Assembly: GCA_040954595.2 (NCBI GenBank)
Contig: CM082577.2
Location: 9,821,846-9,885,845, forward strand
Reading direction: 5' to 3'
Length of the DNA stretch: 64,000 bases
Origin: Balanoglossus misakiensis
Lineage: Eukaryota; Animalia; Hemichordata
Each line of letters begins with the position of its first letter. Position 1 is the stretch's first letter. The notes under the pieces are model-generated. The model was not told where the DNA came from. It searched no databases and saw nothing but the letters and a program-made list of their open reading frames with translations. A program made the translations under genes and the position numbers. Below are positions 1 through 12,900 of this stretch, in pieces.

Positions 1-126
1 CTGTGAAAATCAATGTATGCACTGATATTCTCAAGAGTTTTGAGACAAGTGTTGTCACATACTGTCACATTTATGCAAAACTGAAGAGTTACTTAACACT
101 TTCTTTTTTCAAACATAAATTTACAG

Positions 127-186
127 ATATTTAGAGCAGAAAAACTTTGGTCCAATCTTTACAGAGGAGGATGCCCAAGTATACAA
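127..186 (+). CDS. OGFOD3: OGFOD3 (2OG-Fe(II) oxygenase domain-containing protein 3), internal coding exon; gene starts upstream of the window
   Basis: ttacag| acceptor and |gtaagt donor; translates (R)YLEQKNFGPIFTEEDAQVY(K), resembling the vertebrate OGFOD3 segment '...NIFSEEDF.LY'; splice phase joins correctly to the next exon. Confidence 0.85.
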
Positions 187-719
187 GTAAGTCTTGATTT
201 TAACGCATTACTGACTTCAGAAGCTTGTGTATAGGGCGCCCTCCAGTGTTGAAACCAAGACCTCATAACAGTGGTGCAACCTGGACTGTCATGAACTTTT
301 CACTTGAAGTTGAAATGCAAAAAGATTGTAAACGAGACGATTTGATAGCAGATAAATTCGTATAACTGTAGTTGCCACTTTCAACTGGTCTTTTATTCTG
401 GAGACTGAAATGTACTGAGTACTGGGTGGATCTCTTGTCTCTTATATTGCTGCTTGCTGGAAAAGCACATTATTATGACTCATAAACTCCCTTTAAAGTG
501 GTCATTTCCACGAGAAACATGTACACAGTTTAATTCCATATAGTCGGCGCTTGGTGTTGTGTCTTTGGTGTTCTGCTGTGGAGTTTGTGAAACACTGAAT
601 TTATAAGAAACTCATCCATGATAGTGCCTGGCATAGTGCCTGGGTCGCCAATATATGGACAGAGAAGTCTGCTGAGAGTCTAGCAGAAACCTAGAAATGG
701 TGTGATTTTCTCCCTGTAG

Positions 720-873
720 AAACGTGAAGAACAGGATAAGGAAGACGATTGCGGGAGAATTTGGTTTCAACATAAAGAGGTTGCACCTGACGCATCCGAC
801 GTTTTTCTCGAGATTGACAAGCGCCCCGGCGCAGACCATTCACGACGAATACTGGCATCCGCACATTGATAAG
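720..873 (+). CDS. OGFOD3: OGFOD3 internal coding exon with the HxD iron-binding motif
   Basis: ctgtag| acceptor and |gtgggc donor; translates NVKNRIRKTIAGEFGFNIKRLHLTHPTFFSRLTSAPAQTIHDEYWHPHIDK, matching the OGFOD3 signature LHLT.PTFFSR...HDEYWH.H.DK. Confidence 0.93.
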
Positions 874-1217
874 GTGGGCAGATAGTCTTGTTAACACTTT
901 GAACCCTGACCCCTGGTGACCTGTAGGCACAGTGTAGGGATTCACTCCATGCACAGGGTTCAGGAGAATAATGGTCAAAAACGGCAGTTAGGGGGATGGG
1001 TATTGTTGAGGTGTGTAGAGTGAAAGAATTTTATGAGTGGACATGCAAGTGGGAGGCATGGACTGGTATAAGGAGATTGCACGTACCTGTACAAGCATTT
1101 GTGTATTTAGAAGTGCATTTTTTGTCTGAAAAATATTTTTATATTTTACATGTTCTGTCTATTCAAATCATAGATTTTGGAGATTCAAATGAACATTTGT
1201 GTTGTTTATTAATTCAG

Positions 1218-1341
1218 ATAACGTATGAAACATTTGACTACACATCACTAGTGTATCTCAACGACTACGGCAAAGACTTCAGCGGTGGCCGATTTGTGTT
1301 TGCTGATAAAGAAGCCAACTGGACAGTGGAGCCAAAGCTAG
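1218..1341 (+). CDS. OGFOD3: OGFOD3 penultimate coding exon
   Basis: ttcag| acceptor and |gtaagg donor; translates ITYETFDYTSLVYLNDYGKDFSGGRFVFADKEANWTVEPKL(G), matching OGFOD3 TY..FDYTSL.YL..Y..DF.GGRF.F.....N.TVEP. Confidence 0.94.
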
Positions 1342-1371
1342 GTAAGGGATAAGGGGAGAAATTAATAAGTA

Positions 1372-1461
1372 CTATAAAATGGGAAAACTTAATCGTTGCG
1401 TAAAAGTTGCCTCTCTTTATATAGTGAAAATTTCCTGCAGCGAAAATTTCCCGTTTTACAG
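1372..1461. mobile_element. Short TA-flanked MITE (Tc1/mariner/pogo-like ends) in OGFOD3 intron
   Basis: ta|CTATAAAATGGGAAAACTT ... AAATTTCCCGTTTTACAG|ta: imperfect terminal inverted repeats flanked by TA. Confidence 0.55.
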
Positions 1462-1773
1462 TATTTTGTGTGATGTAATCTGTCTAAAAATGGTCTTTCA
1501 TAATGTTTGATGATTTGTTGCATATTTTGACATGAAACTGTTTCAATTAGGAATTTTCATGATGCAAGATGGCTAATTAGCATATATTGTGCATATAAAT
1601 TGCAATTCACAAAATTTAATATGTACATTAATCTTTTCTGAGATATGTAAATAAGAGTAGAGATTCAGCTGAATAATACCATTGTTCTCCATTTTAAATT
1701 TCACCTTGAATTAGTCTTCATGAAGTATGTGAAGGTCAGCCAATAGTGTCTTGTCTTGTATTGTTTTCGGTAG

Positions 1774-1913
1774 GCCGGTTATCGCTCTTCACGTCCGGGT
1801 CCGAGAATCTGCACTACGTCGAGAAGGTGTCGTCGGGGACTCGCTACGCCATCACCGTGTCCTTCACGTGCGACGAAGACCACGCCATCAGCGATCCCGA
1901 CTTTTTGCACTGA
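1774..1913 (+). CDS. OGFOD3: OGFOD3 terminal coding exon
   Basis: cggtag| acceptor; translates GRLSLFTSGSENLHYVEKVSSGTRYAITVSFTCDEDHAISDPDFLH*, containing the distal His and the 2OG-binding Arg (FTSGSENLH.VEKV..GTRYAIT); stop TGA 1911-1913. Confidence 0.94.
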
Positions 1914-3732
1914 TTGTTTGCCGACAGCTGGTGAAAGCAGATCGCCAGAGATGAAAAATTTGTTATTACATGAAATTATGATTAAAAGTGTGGTAATCTG
2001 TGGAAAAATTACATAATCGCTGAATATGATTTCAGATGCAGCAGCTACAAGTAACTTTTATGGTTTGTTCCAATGGAAACAAAGACACAAGTTGTTCTTT
2101 TTAAAAATTTCAGGAAATTTAGTTTACTGCTTTATTTTTCTCCAGAGCGTTGCAGTTGACAGATGTACAAAAGATTTTAAACGGTTTCGGAGCAAATTTA
2201 GGTAAAATACCACCTGCAATACTGAAATGTTTTTTTAAAAGGATATTTTATTTGTTTGTAAATAGTAGACATGGATAATTATGAGAGTGTGTGTGTGATC
2301 AAAATTTATTTTATGAAGTACTACTTTTTTAGCATACCTGTCATGATTGACATTATTTTGGTGAATTTTGATTTCTGTAGGAAATTGAAATATGTTGTCA
2401 ATTAAAAGTACCCTAAAAGTGGCAGCTATTTGGGCTTTAAAACTTGACTTCTTACAGACCACAAAATGAAACAAAGTATTGTCAGATTTGACGGTGAATA
2501 CAACTTCTTAGTTTTATAAAACTCCTTTTGAACAGTCTTTAGTAGGACCGCGTTCATTTGTAGCATGGTGTCACTGGTAAAAACTAAGTAGACAAGCATT
2601 GATCAGTAGATTTCAACTTTTAGAAAGTAAAAATACACCAAACATAAACGATATGAAATAATACATTTTCGCACAAATCTTTTTATTGTTAGCCCTGTCA
2701 CATGTGCCTTAGAAATAGCAAGACAAACTGGAAGTTTTGAAGAGTTTGACAATGGTGTGATTGAATAATGTGGTTAGTCGTAGGATTTTACCAACAAATT
2801 TATGGTGGACCTTGCCGTCCCTATGAGCACTTGTAAAAAGGCACTGTTCCTGTTTGTTGTCCGTCACTGTTTTTCAATAAATAACTCGCATTCACATTGG
2901 GAATAAACTTCAGATGAATTTGGCTTAATGTGCATTTCGTCATTTTTAGCCACCGCATGAAGCATTGGGCCCAGGTGAGGAGAGAGATGATGTGTTTGTC
3001 TGTTGGTGGTGCTTTCCTGTCTATCTGTCTCTTTGTATGCAACGCATGCAAATGAATCAACACTTTAAGAACGTTTACTTTGATTTTCAAGTTGTATGCA
3101 GGGGTAGGAAAAGGTGTTGGTAGTTTGTGCTATTCCCGGTGCTATTGTAGAAAGTAGGGACTGTGGCCAAGGCTGTTTTGGATCACTCGGCCCAGTTCTG
3201 TTGAGATGACAGATTCATTATATGCAACTGTTGAGGGCGCTGTTTTCATCAGTATTTCTTGTGCTCCATGTTTCGTTACTAGTCAAACCATAGACCCCCT
3301 CTACTGTCTATGGTCAAACATAGGCTCCTCTCCGACGCTTTGCGTTGCCCTGCGGCCTGCTACGACACAAATTTCTGTCAGCCGATGTGCGGTTTGTAAC
3401 CCAAATGTTGGGCCATGAATAGAAAATAAATACGGGCGTTCAATTACTTTGATTCACTTGGGCTGCTAGTGAGAGTTGGAGTGGCGGATAATCGATTTTA
3501 TGGACCGCGCGGTTCATTTGTGGGTCTTCACGCTCTCCATTGACTTTTCTCTCGAGTTGGCATGGAAACGTTTTCGACGTAAGGCGCGATAATGTACCGT
3601 GGTTTATTGATGTAGTGTATAATTTAAAACGTGGTGAAAGGTATCAATACGGGACGGTTTCATCCAAACCATGCGGCATCAAGATATTATCGACAGCGAA
3701 CCATTTCTGCAGACTCTTTCCTCGACCCGCTA

Positions 3733-3965
3733 GGGGAGAACCATTTGATTTCCGGGGGGGGGGGGGGTTGAAGAGAGTGGAGGATTTGGCTATTGTCAGC
3801 TTGTTTTCGCACCCACTGTTTTGGCAAAATAAATTTCGATTGCCAGTCCATCGTTGTCCTAAAGGCATTGTAGAAGATTTTATTTCTCCCGCACCATCTG
3901 TCAACCCCCCCCCCCAAAAAAAATCCTCTATCTACCCCTCCCCCAGAAATCAAATGCTTCTCTTC
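3733..3965. mobile_element. TA-flanked MITE with ~25-bp imperfect TIRs and internal poly-G/poly-C
   Basis: ta|GGGGAGAACCATTTGATTTCCGGGG on the left; the right end CCCCAGAAATCAAATGCTTCTCTTC|ta is its imperfect reverse complement. Confidence 0.7.
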
Positions 3966-4461
3966 TAGCTAGTCTAGTCCCCTGTCCCATTTCAACCGCT
4001 GGCTGAGCTGTGCTTTTCTTGTAGCAGCGCAGCCAGCGGTTGATACCAGAGAAGAGGACCAGACTATCCTCGACTCCACACATTTCGTAAAAAAAGGAAA
4101 TTCTATAAAAACAAGAAAACAGATCAGGTGGACGAAAACAGACAGGAATATCCTCCACAGGAAGCATACATCGGTCCTCCAGGCCTTGAAAAGGAAAATC
4201 ACAAATTAATTGGCTGTGGTTTTGTACTTCGTGATAGTTAAAACGCGCAGATACAAAAGAAGTGTTTTGTTACTTTCAATGCGAGTATATAATGTCAATA
4301 CGGTAGCGTTTTTGCTCACTTTTGCCCTCGATCCTCCTTGGAATTGCATGTCATGAGCCATTGAACAATAATATTCCTAAGTTTTGCATTTTGCGATAAA
4401 ATGAAATTTTAATGCCAAATAAAATCAGCATGAAGCTACATTATAATAGTTTTTTTTACCC

Positions 4462-4671
<210 letters not shown>

Positions 4672-7600
4672 TGCAAAAACGCACTTGCCTGGATAATGAA
4701 TGAATGTCACGTGGCAGTCGAGTTCAGGTCCATCGATTCCCTGCTTGCAGCTCCCGATAATCTCATTCAATCGATAGACGACAGACCGTCGACCCAGAAG
4801 GTTCAATTGAACCATGATTGGCGTAATCGCCTTCGACCCAACTTGATTATTGATGGCTACAAAGATACAGGTACCTAGAAGATGCAGAATGAATTCACGT
4901 TTAAGGTCGATTTGCATGAAAGATCGAGTCCCAGTACAAAGCTTTTACCCCCAAAACGATATTTCAAACTGCTCCAAAGCTTGAGTAACTAAGATTAGTT
5001 AAGAGGCTTCCTCGGGGACCTACATGTATGTACTACATACGCAGTTTGTAATCAGATGAAAACTGTATAAACCCTAGACATAAGTTTTAATCAGTATACA
5101 GCGGAGATGTAGGGCGACCGCCGACCACCTGGTTGAATGGACAAACTATACAGTTTAGTTCATCTTCTCAACTGCGGTGGCGCTAGGGTAGAACAAGAAC
5201 TCAGTGTCATTTTTGAGCACATCTATCGCTTGCGATTTCTGATAGATCAGAGTACCGAACAAGGTTAAGCTTCAAAAACAGCACAAATCTGGGTGGTATT
5301 TCGCGAAAATAGTGTCACTGCAATAATGTAGTGCAGAAAGAGCGGGAAAACTTGCCTTCTTTCAAACTGGGCATTAACGGGCTCATGAATATAATACTCT
5401 ACATCAAGTAAAGATGAAAGTGTTGGGAATTTCGTACCCCTTTGGATATCAGAAGTCGTAGATCTGGCAAAAACCACCACAAATCAATATTGATCGCAAT
5501 GGAATACGAATTAGTATATTGCATATCTAATGGTTAGAAATACAAACTCAGTCACGAAATAAGCAGTTTATAATGAAAATAATTGACGTTGTCGGCAGCG
5601 TTGAAGATCGTCGCGACTGTTTTGTGAAGTGAAAATAAAATTTGATCCATCTGGATTTAAGGCTTAGTGGATATGGTTACACAATTATTATTCCCTGTGT
5701 AGTAACTGACGCAGTATATACGAACTGTGCAAATGCTGGTTTGCAAATCCGTGTGTCGCAGTTTAAATTGCCTCCATCACGAACGCTGAATTATAGATGC
5801 GTCACAGATTTTCCACTACGAACCCAATCTTTAACGTTGCACGTTTTCCTCGTTTTTCCCTTCGGATCTCTATTGCGCATGCCTGGGAGGCCAGGCTTGC
5901 TGCAGCCATGTGTTTGATAATGAGGGCGCATTCGTGCATGCAATCATTCCCTGCCGACGCAGCTAAAATAAAATAAAATAAAATATCCACCCAAACATAT
6001 CACAGGAATACTCGTACTAGTCTTGGAGTGGTTCCCGTGAATTCGTCATTTTCCCTTTCTTTTTGCAAGTTAACTAGTCTCGGTTATGCTACGTCGCTTG
6101 AGCTGATTCTTCTACGGGTCACCTCAAGCGGGAAGACATTGGCAGGGCTTGCCCATCCTGCCTTCGGGGGGGGGGGGCAGGAAGGAAAACAACAGGTTAA
6201 AGTAATTGTATGCCCGCAATTAGTTTCGGTTGATACACAAATTTTGCTGCACCGATTACTCAACTGTTGGGAACGACTTGGGACAACCACGAAATATTGA
6301 ACGGACGTATGTGGATGGCCATATAATTGTTATTTCCAGTGGCACGAAAAGTGCCTTTTTGTGGTCAACACAAATGGGCTACTAAGGGAATACAGACCAG
6401 CTAAGAGGTCATACCATTAGAAGCACTTATGACAGAATTAGGTGAATGTCCAGTTCCTGCTCGAATGACTTCCCCTGTGGAAATTCTGCATCACGAAAAC
6501 AACCAACGCATTGCAGCTGCAGTTCACGTGAGTGATACAAACTGCACGACAACAGAAACGGGAAGAAACGTTCGTATACAATTACCTGTCCGGAAGGTAT
6601 CCGTCTGAGACAAGTACATATACCAACAAATGACACAGGCCGGACAATCTTTTCTCCCGTGACCCTGGGCGAAGCGGTCGGAGCATCATAGTGGACAAAG
6701 CAAGAGCTTGATTCTCAGCCCGAAATGTCCGGTCTAGAACCCAAACGGGGCTGGTCAAGTGGAGATGGAATTATATTTTATTTAAAATGTTTAATTTGAA
6801 GAGTATATTTAATACACAGAGTAATGCCAAAAGAGAAGTGTCTTACCCCTCTATAATTAGCGAATAATTTCATTAAAGAATCGTACATTAATGTTTTTGT
6901 GTTCAACAGAAAGTCATGACCCGAATGAAAGAATGCAATTGAAGATACTGGTATATGATAGTATAAAACACATGAAGTTGCCATGCACTCCCCGTCAACG
7001 CAGTTGTCTTTGCAATTGTTTACACGTTGTCACCTAGTCACCTCTACAGACGATTAAAAAAAGAACATTTTGAGTTGAGAGAGCAATTTTTTACGGATCC
7101 TCACACGACGCTCGAGGGTAATACCGGCCGGGTTTCCGGAGAACCGGAAAGGCAGGAGATAATCTCGCCTGGAAGGAGCAATCTCCTCTTTGGTGGTCTC
7201 TCAATCACGACTTTCCTGGTCGCAGCTGAGAAGAAATCACCGAGGTCTCCCCACACTAGCAGCCATGCATGTATACTACTATGGGCGGAGAACTAATTCT
7301 GAATGAAGAGATAATTCTGCCAATTGGGGAACAACGTGGGAATATGTAACTCGACAGAAATTACCCCAAAACCCGCATGAAACACTAAATGGTATATAAT
7401 GAGGGATAGTCTAAGTGGGGTTGCCTATTTGAACAACACGCGTGCTTAGATGAATGATATTAACCTATAATTTTGGGTGGTGACCTAGTCAATAACAGGT
7501 AATAGACCCCCGAGCATACGCTGCCTGTCTTATTAGAGATAATTGAAATATACTTGACATTATAACCCTTATACCGGAAACAACACAAAAGCCTGCCCTG

Positions 7601-7803
7601 AAATTGGAAGTCACATGAATGGTCAGGGCTGGAAGCTTATCTATTCTGGTAGGTTGCGAAAGATCGACTCTATTTTGGAAACCGATGATCCGATTTATTC
7701 AGACGATTATAGGTTTTGATAATCGCCATCGCGTAAACAAAATCACCACCTGTACTGAACTTGTTAGACAATGTGTCAGAAATAGGCGATGGTCATTTTC
7801 TAT

Positions 7804-9862
7804 AATAATAATAATAATAATGCTTTATTGCTCTTTTAGGCCTCCAGCCCATATTGCAAACTTATATTTATACACACAGAATTTTACAGAGAGTACAAAA
7901 AGAGAAAAGAGATAAAAATTACAAACATTCTTTTCTCAAACTTATTGCTTTGTGAACAAATAAGGCCAGATTTCGTATTTCTTTGTTATTTTCTGAAGCC
8001 ATGAGTGAGTAATATTTTTCGGGTGTTGGAATTGTATATGACCATCTCGGTAAATACATGCTTCTTAAAGTCTGGTATAAAGGACAGATACAAATAAAGT
8101 GATATTCGTCCTCGATCTCAGTAGACCCACATACTCTGCAAATTCTATCTTCAAAGTCGATTCCCTGTGCCCTCCCCTCCTCAACTGCCAAATCAAAACC
8201 ACAAGTTCTAAGACGAGCGAGGGCACTCCTTAGTTTGAAAACAATATTCAATTTTAAGTAGTTCTCTGTATGAAATGATGTTTTAAAGTTACAGTACAAA
8301 CGAAGTTTACTCTTACTACAGGTGTCTGAGAACCAGTTTTGTTTGAAAATATCACTTGCTCTTGTCATAAAATTGAGAAGAAAAAGATCAAAATCCCCTG
8401 GGCCTTGCCATAGCCATACATCTCCAAAACCGTGTTCATGCAGAAGACATTTTACATTTGTTGCCCATGATTTTTTCCCATTTTTGTCCAGTGTCACCGA
8501 TAATTTGTAGGCATGTTTGGCTACTCTGTTTGTGGGCATTTTTAATAACTTGAACCAGTATAAAATAACTTTCTTAAAAGTGTGAATAAATATTGGATGT
8601 CTTCCACAATCTCCTAGAATGCAAGCATCTGGTGTAGTTGATTTAACGCCCATAAAGGCTTTACAATATTTCAGTTGTACTCTTTCAGCAACTTGATATC
8701 TCTGATATCCCCATATTTCAGATCCATATGTTAAGACTGGCAAAATCATGGAATCAAAAAGTTTAAAATAGTCTTTAAAAGATAAAGTGCCACTGTTTTT
8801 AATCATACGGAAAATAGCGCCCATAGCTTTTCTGGCTTGGTCTGAGAGTACGGTAACAGCTTTACTCCAGATGTTTCTACTTGAAATTATTAAACCTAAA
8901 TATTTGTAGTAACTGACAGTTTTTAGTTGTTCTCTATTATAAAACCATTTTTCACATTTCTTTAAAACACCCCCTCTGCGAAAAACAATTATTTGTGACT
9001 TTTCCATATTTACAGATAGTTTCCATTTATGACAGAAACATTCCAGTACTCTAATCAGTCTTTGTAGCCCAACTGGCGTATCACTAAAAATTGTAACATC
9101 ATCAGCATAAAGAAGTGCAAATAGGTCGTAAAGTTCTTGAGTGATTTGAATACCATGATTACCCGAATTTACTAACATATTATTTAATTCATTGATGAAC
9201 AGAGAAAAAAGAAAAGGACTCAACATACACCCTTGTCGAACTCCGACAGAGCAATTAAAGAAATCGGTTACTCCATTTCGACTCTTGACACAAGATTTAA
9301 CTTCTTTATAAATGGATTTAAGAATATTATACATTTTGCCCATGACACCCTCTAGACAAAGTCTATATAACAAGAGATTGTGATTTACTGAATCAAAAGC
9401 TTTACTGAAATCTACAAACAAACAATAGAAACGACCTTTTGATCTAGAAAGATATTTCTGTACCATAATGTGAAGAACAAAGATATTATCAACAGCGCTA
9501 AAATCACGTCTGAAACCAGCTTGACATTCAGTGATACAACCTTGCCTTTCAGCCCATTTTACAAGTCTCTGATTTAGTATAAAAGTAAAAATCTTGCTTA
9601 GACAATTCAATAAAGTGATGCCTCTGAAATTGTTTGGGTCATGTAAACTACCCTTCTTATGAAGTGGTACAATTATTCCCTTGTTCCACTCGCTTGGAAA
9701 AACACCAGAGTCAAAAATGGCATTGAACGTGAAATCAAGTACCGTGATTAGACTTTGTTTTGCATTTTGATAAAATTCATTTGGGATACCATCCGGACCC
9801 GGGGATTTACCAGCTTTTAACTTATTCAGTGCACAGACGATTTCTTGAGTTGTAATATGACT
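7804..9862 (-). mobile_element. 5'-truncated non-LTR retrotransposon (LINE; RTE-X-like, clade tentative)
   Basis: Uninterrupted RT ORF; on the minus strand AATAAA (7824-7829) is followed by a (TTA)n tail; 25-bp TSD GAAATAGGCGATGGTCATTTTCTAT at 7779-7803 and 9885-9909; no endonuclease domain or ORF1. Confidence 0.93.
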
Positions 9863-9883
9863 ATTTACATAGAAAATGACCAT
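7919..9883 (-). CDS. LINE ORF2 fragment: reverse transcriptase plus C-terminal Cys/His (CCHC-like) domain, lacking the APE endonuclease
   Basis: Motifs KSPGPDGI, PLHKKG..DPNNFRGITLL, QAGFR, FVDFSKAFDSV, GVRQGCMLSPFLF, LLYADD, YKYLG and C-terminal RICRVC...EDEYHFICICPLY. The first ~7 residues come from junction sequence rather than from the element. Confidence 0.92.
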   Translation of the reverse strand: MVIFYVNSHITTQEIVCALNKLKAGKSPGPDGIPNEFYQNAKQSLITVLDFTFNAIFDSGVFPSEWNKGIIVPLHKKGSLHDPNNFRGITLLNCLSKIFTFILNQRLVKWAERQGCITECQAGFRRDFSAVDNIFVLHIMVQKYLSRSKGRFYCLFVDFSKAFDSVNHNLLLYRLCLEGVMGKMYNILKSIYKEVKSCVKSRNGVTDFFNCSVGVRQGCMLSPFLFSLFINELNNMLVNSGNHGIQITQELYDLFALLYADDVTIFSDTPVGLQRLIRVLECFCHKWKLSVNMEKSQIIVFRRGGVLKKCEKWFYNREQLKTVSYYKYLGLIISSRNIWSKAVTVLSDQARKAMGAIFRMIKNSGTLSFKDYFKLFDSMILPVLTYGSEIWGYQRYQVAERVQLKYCKAFMGVKSTTPDACILGDCGRHPIFIHTFKKVILYWFKLLKMPTNRVAKHAYKLSVTLDKNGKKSWATNVKCLLHEHGFGDVWLWQGPGDFDLFLLNFMTRASDIFKQNWFSDTCSKSKLRLYCNFKTSFHTENYLKLNIVFKLRSALARLRTCGFDLAVEEGRAQGIDFEDRICRVCGSTEIEDEYHFICICPLYQTLRSMYLPRWSYTIPTPEKYYSLMASENNKEIRNLALFVHKAISLRKECL

Positions 9884-9915
9884 CGAAATAGGCGATGGTC
9901 ATTTTCTATGTAAAT
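9863..9915. repeat. Perfect 23-bp inverted repeat (7-nt loop) at the LINE 5' junction
   Basis: ATTTACATAGAAAATGACCATCG (9863-9885) is the exact reverse complement of CGATGGTCATTTTCTATGTAAAT (9893-9915). Confidence 0.95.
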
Positions 9916-12900
9916 TAAACGATGATATCAAAATTGTAAATATCCATACGACATATGAAAATGAGCAAACAATGTATATACCAAATAAACCAAACTTTCA
10001 TCTTGGTCACATCACAGTTCGACCACAAGTACGAGCAAAGTAATAAATTTGGTAGTGTAATTCTTGATTTGGTCATTAATACCCCCTTTATGGTAAAAAA
10101 AAGCCATGCAAAGTCACATTATATTTTTTTGTATTCAATCCAGATTTTACCACGATAATTGAAACAAGCAGATCTCGAGGCAAAAGCTCATTTTTTTGCA
10201 CAAACGAGCAATGCACGTAGTCTCCTCTGCCAGCAATTTAAATTGCCAAAATTGAGCAGCTGGTTATAGGCGACCTAAAGTATTTCGAAGGTCTATAACC
10301 TGCCCACCTAACTTACAGGTTGTTTAACTATGATATATATTGTTTCCAATTCCACGCAAAGCCTGCATTTCTCACGGAATTCCGAACAACCTCGATTTCA
10401 AAGGCTTCATCGGCGACGTCAAACGGTGTGTGTTCTTAAGGCTTCTCCTGTCGGATCAGATCAAAGGCGGCCACGATAGAACGTCTATCTTTGAAATGCG
10501 GTGCTTTTGGTAATATAGTTTTCCTGGAGGAAGATTCTAAATTTGGGCCTTTTTTGTTTTTATCAGGCCCACACAAGTTTATACATCTGTAGGCCTACTG
10601 TTTCTAATGATATTTATAGTTATTGCAGTTGTCTGCGTGCCCATTAAAAGGCAAACGCTGCAATTTTTTCGGCTTCCCTTTTCTGGTCTATTTTGGAGAT
10701 AAGGTGAGAAGAAAGTCTATCTTTAGACCGTGGCGTGTTTTGTAGAGGAAGTGCTGGCAGAAAAATACTAAATTTGAAACTATTTTAATAACTTTAACCT
10801 CGAACGATATATAACGGTTATTGGACCTTTTTGGGGAGGGGGGGGGATACTGTTTTAACAAGCCTACACACGTATAGAATTTTACCGCATAGCTAGTAGT
10901 TTTGACCCCTTTGACTATAGAATATACAAGTTTTTTGCCTAAACACATCTATTGTGAATCTTGTGGACGGAAATGCGGTATATGGGCGATAGGTTTTGTA
11001 TCATGTGTATACTACCCACTAACAGTAGTGGTTAAATGTATTATTTCTTGGGTGCGCGCTTCACTTCATTTATATAAAGTTTCACAGTAGTTGTCGAAAT
11101 ACTAAACTGCGCGCAAATTTCATCTTTTTGCCGTCTCAGCACATTTTGGCAAAAATGGTTGTTTTTTAGAGAAATCTGATAAATACCGCATTCTCATCAT
11201 AATTTTGACTCGTTGCTGAGTAATTCGTCTAATGTGGCCACATCACCCGAATGCAACGTGACAAAATCCAACTTCGTGCAACAAACCCTAAATTCAATAG
11301 TCTCTTAAAAGAAAACAGTGTCGTGTAGTCAGCAGTCGACGAGGGAATAAGGTCTGAGTATACTTGTCTATATTTCAACATGGGGATCTGATTCAGAACA
11401 ATTTGTATTGAACTTGGCACACATATATAATACGGGTTCCCTGAAGACTTGTCCATGTAATGCCCACTGGTGGCAATTAGCCGTGTTATAAAATGATCGT
11501 CACCCAGCGGGAGAGGAATAATGGCCCATCTGACCTTGTCCTCCATCTTGAATTTCATTGTCACGTGCATGAAAAGAGAAACCTTGTAATCCGGAAGACA
11601 TTAACGATGAACATTTGCAGGTATCGTTTATAGCAAAATCAAAAATTAAGATGTAGAGTTGCTGTTCCGTTCTCGGATGTCCGCCACGCTACATACTCCC
11701 GAGAACAGAACAGCAACGAACCAGGAAATGTATAGATCGAGCCAAACTCGACATCTGATTTTACTCAGATTGTAGCAGAACACATAAAAGTTGCATATTC
11801 TCTACATTTTTTTTCCAGGGTCGGCTACGTTGATGGCGAGGTATAAACACATTTTACTTTTTGAATTTCGTGGGAGTCAGACACCCCGTTCTAAATATCT
11901 TTGCTATAAATAAAGCGATATCCCTTTCGGGTCTATGTTGCTTGGCGGTTTAGTAACCCCCCTCCCCCAAATAAACCTAATAGGCCTATTTGGATCGCGA
12001 AATCGAAAGCGCGGGAAAGACGAGTATTAATTTTCGCCTTCTTTTGCCTCAATAAATGTGGGGGATATGTACTAACGCTGTGATAATTTATCGTCTCATC
12101 AAATGTCTTTGCAGCTATTCATCAATTATTCATCCCACCCATCCACTATGTTTTCGCACAGTGCAATCGAACGCAGTTGGTTTGCCACGCGATTCGGAGC
12201 ATAGGAAAACGAAGACCCATTTGGGCGCAAAAGTATCCTTTTTCTCTGTAGATAAAGAGCACACTTTGGCTTGGACGATTGTTGTCTTCTTGGGGAGACA
12301 CAACTGAAAAAAAAAACATTAACAGAGCATATACAATACAGAAGAGTTGATTACGATATTGGAATAAGCCAGTTTAAAAAAAAAAGATAACAGCTTTGTG
12401 CCAGGCAACCAATTCTAAAAATGCAAGTGACTCAATGGCTTCATGGAATTCTCTAATCAAGTGTTGCCAGTCGTGCTCATCGAACAAGTAAAGCTTCCAC
12501 GTTGATATGACTTCTTCCAAATATGCACAGAGCGACTGCAGAACCCGGGAACCCGGTGCTTGACCTGAGACAGCTTTGATGAACTGCTATAAACTGTAAA
12601 ATTTTAAAGTTTCACTCACATCGTTTCAGATTTAGCATGCAAGCCAATGTGGTATAAATCATGGTTGTTCGTTCTTATATTTCAGTGTTGGTGACCGTTA
12701 ATTGCGGGTACATTCCACGTTCCCATGCTATTTAGCTTTAATGGACAATCCCACCCCGATCTGATTTGATATGCAATTGAGGTGGCGCTGCAGTTTGCAA
12801 AGCAAGCAGCCCGTATGCGCGACACGACTCGGAACAATCACAATGTCAATTTTTGTGTTATGCGCGTGTTTGCAGTTACTTGAGTGCGCGGGGTTATTGT

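Noticed and set aside
996-1217. N-terminal part of the 118-aa ORF at 996-1352
   Set aside because: Intronic; OGFOD3 similarity starts only after the acceptor at 1217.
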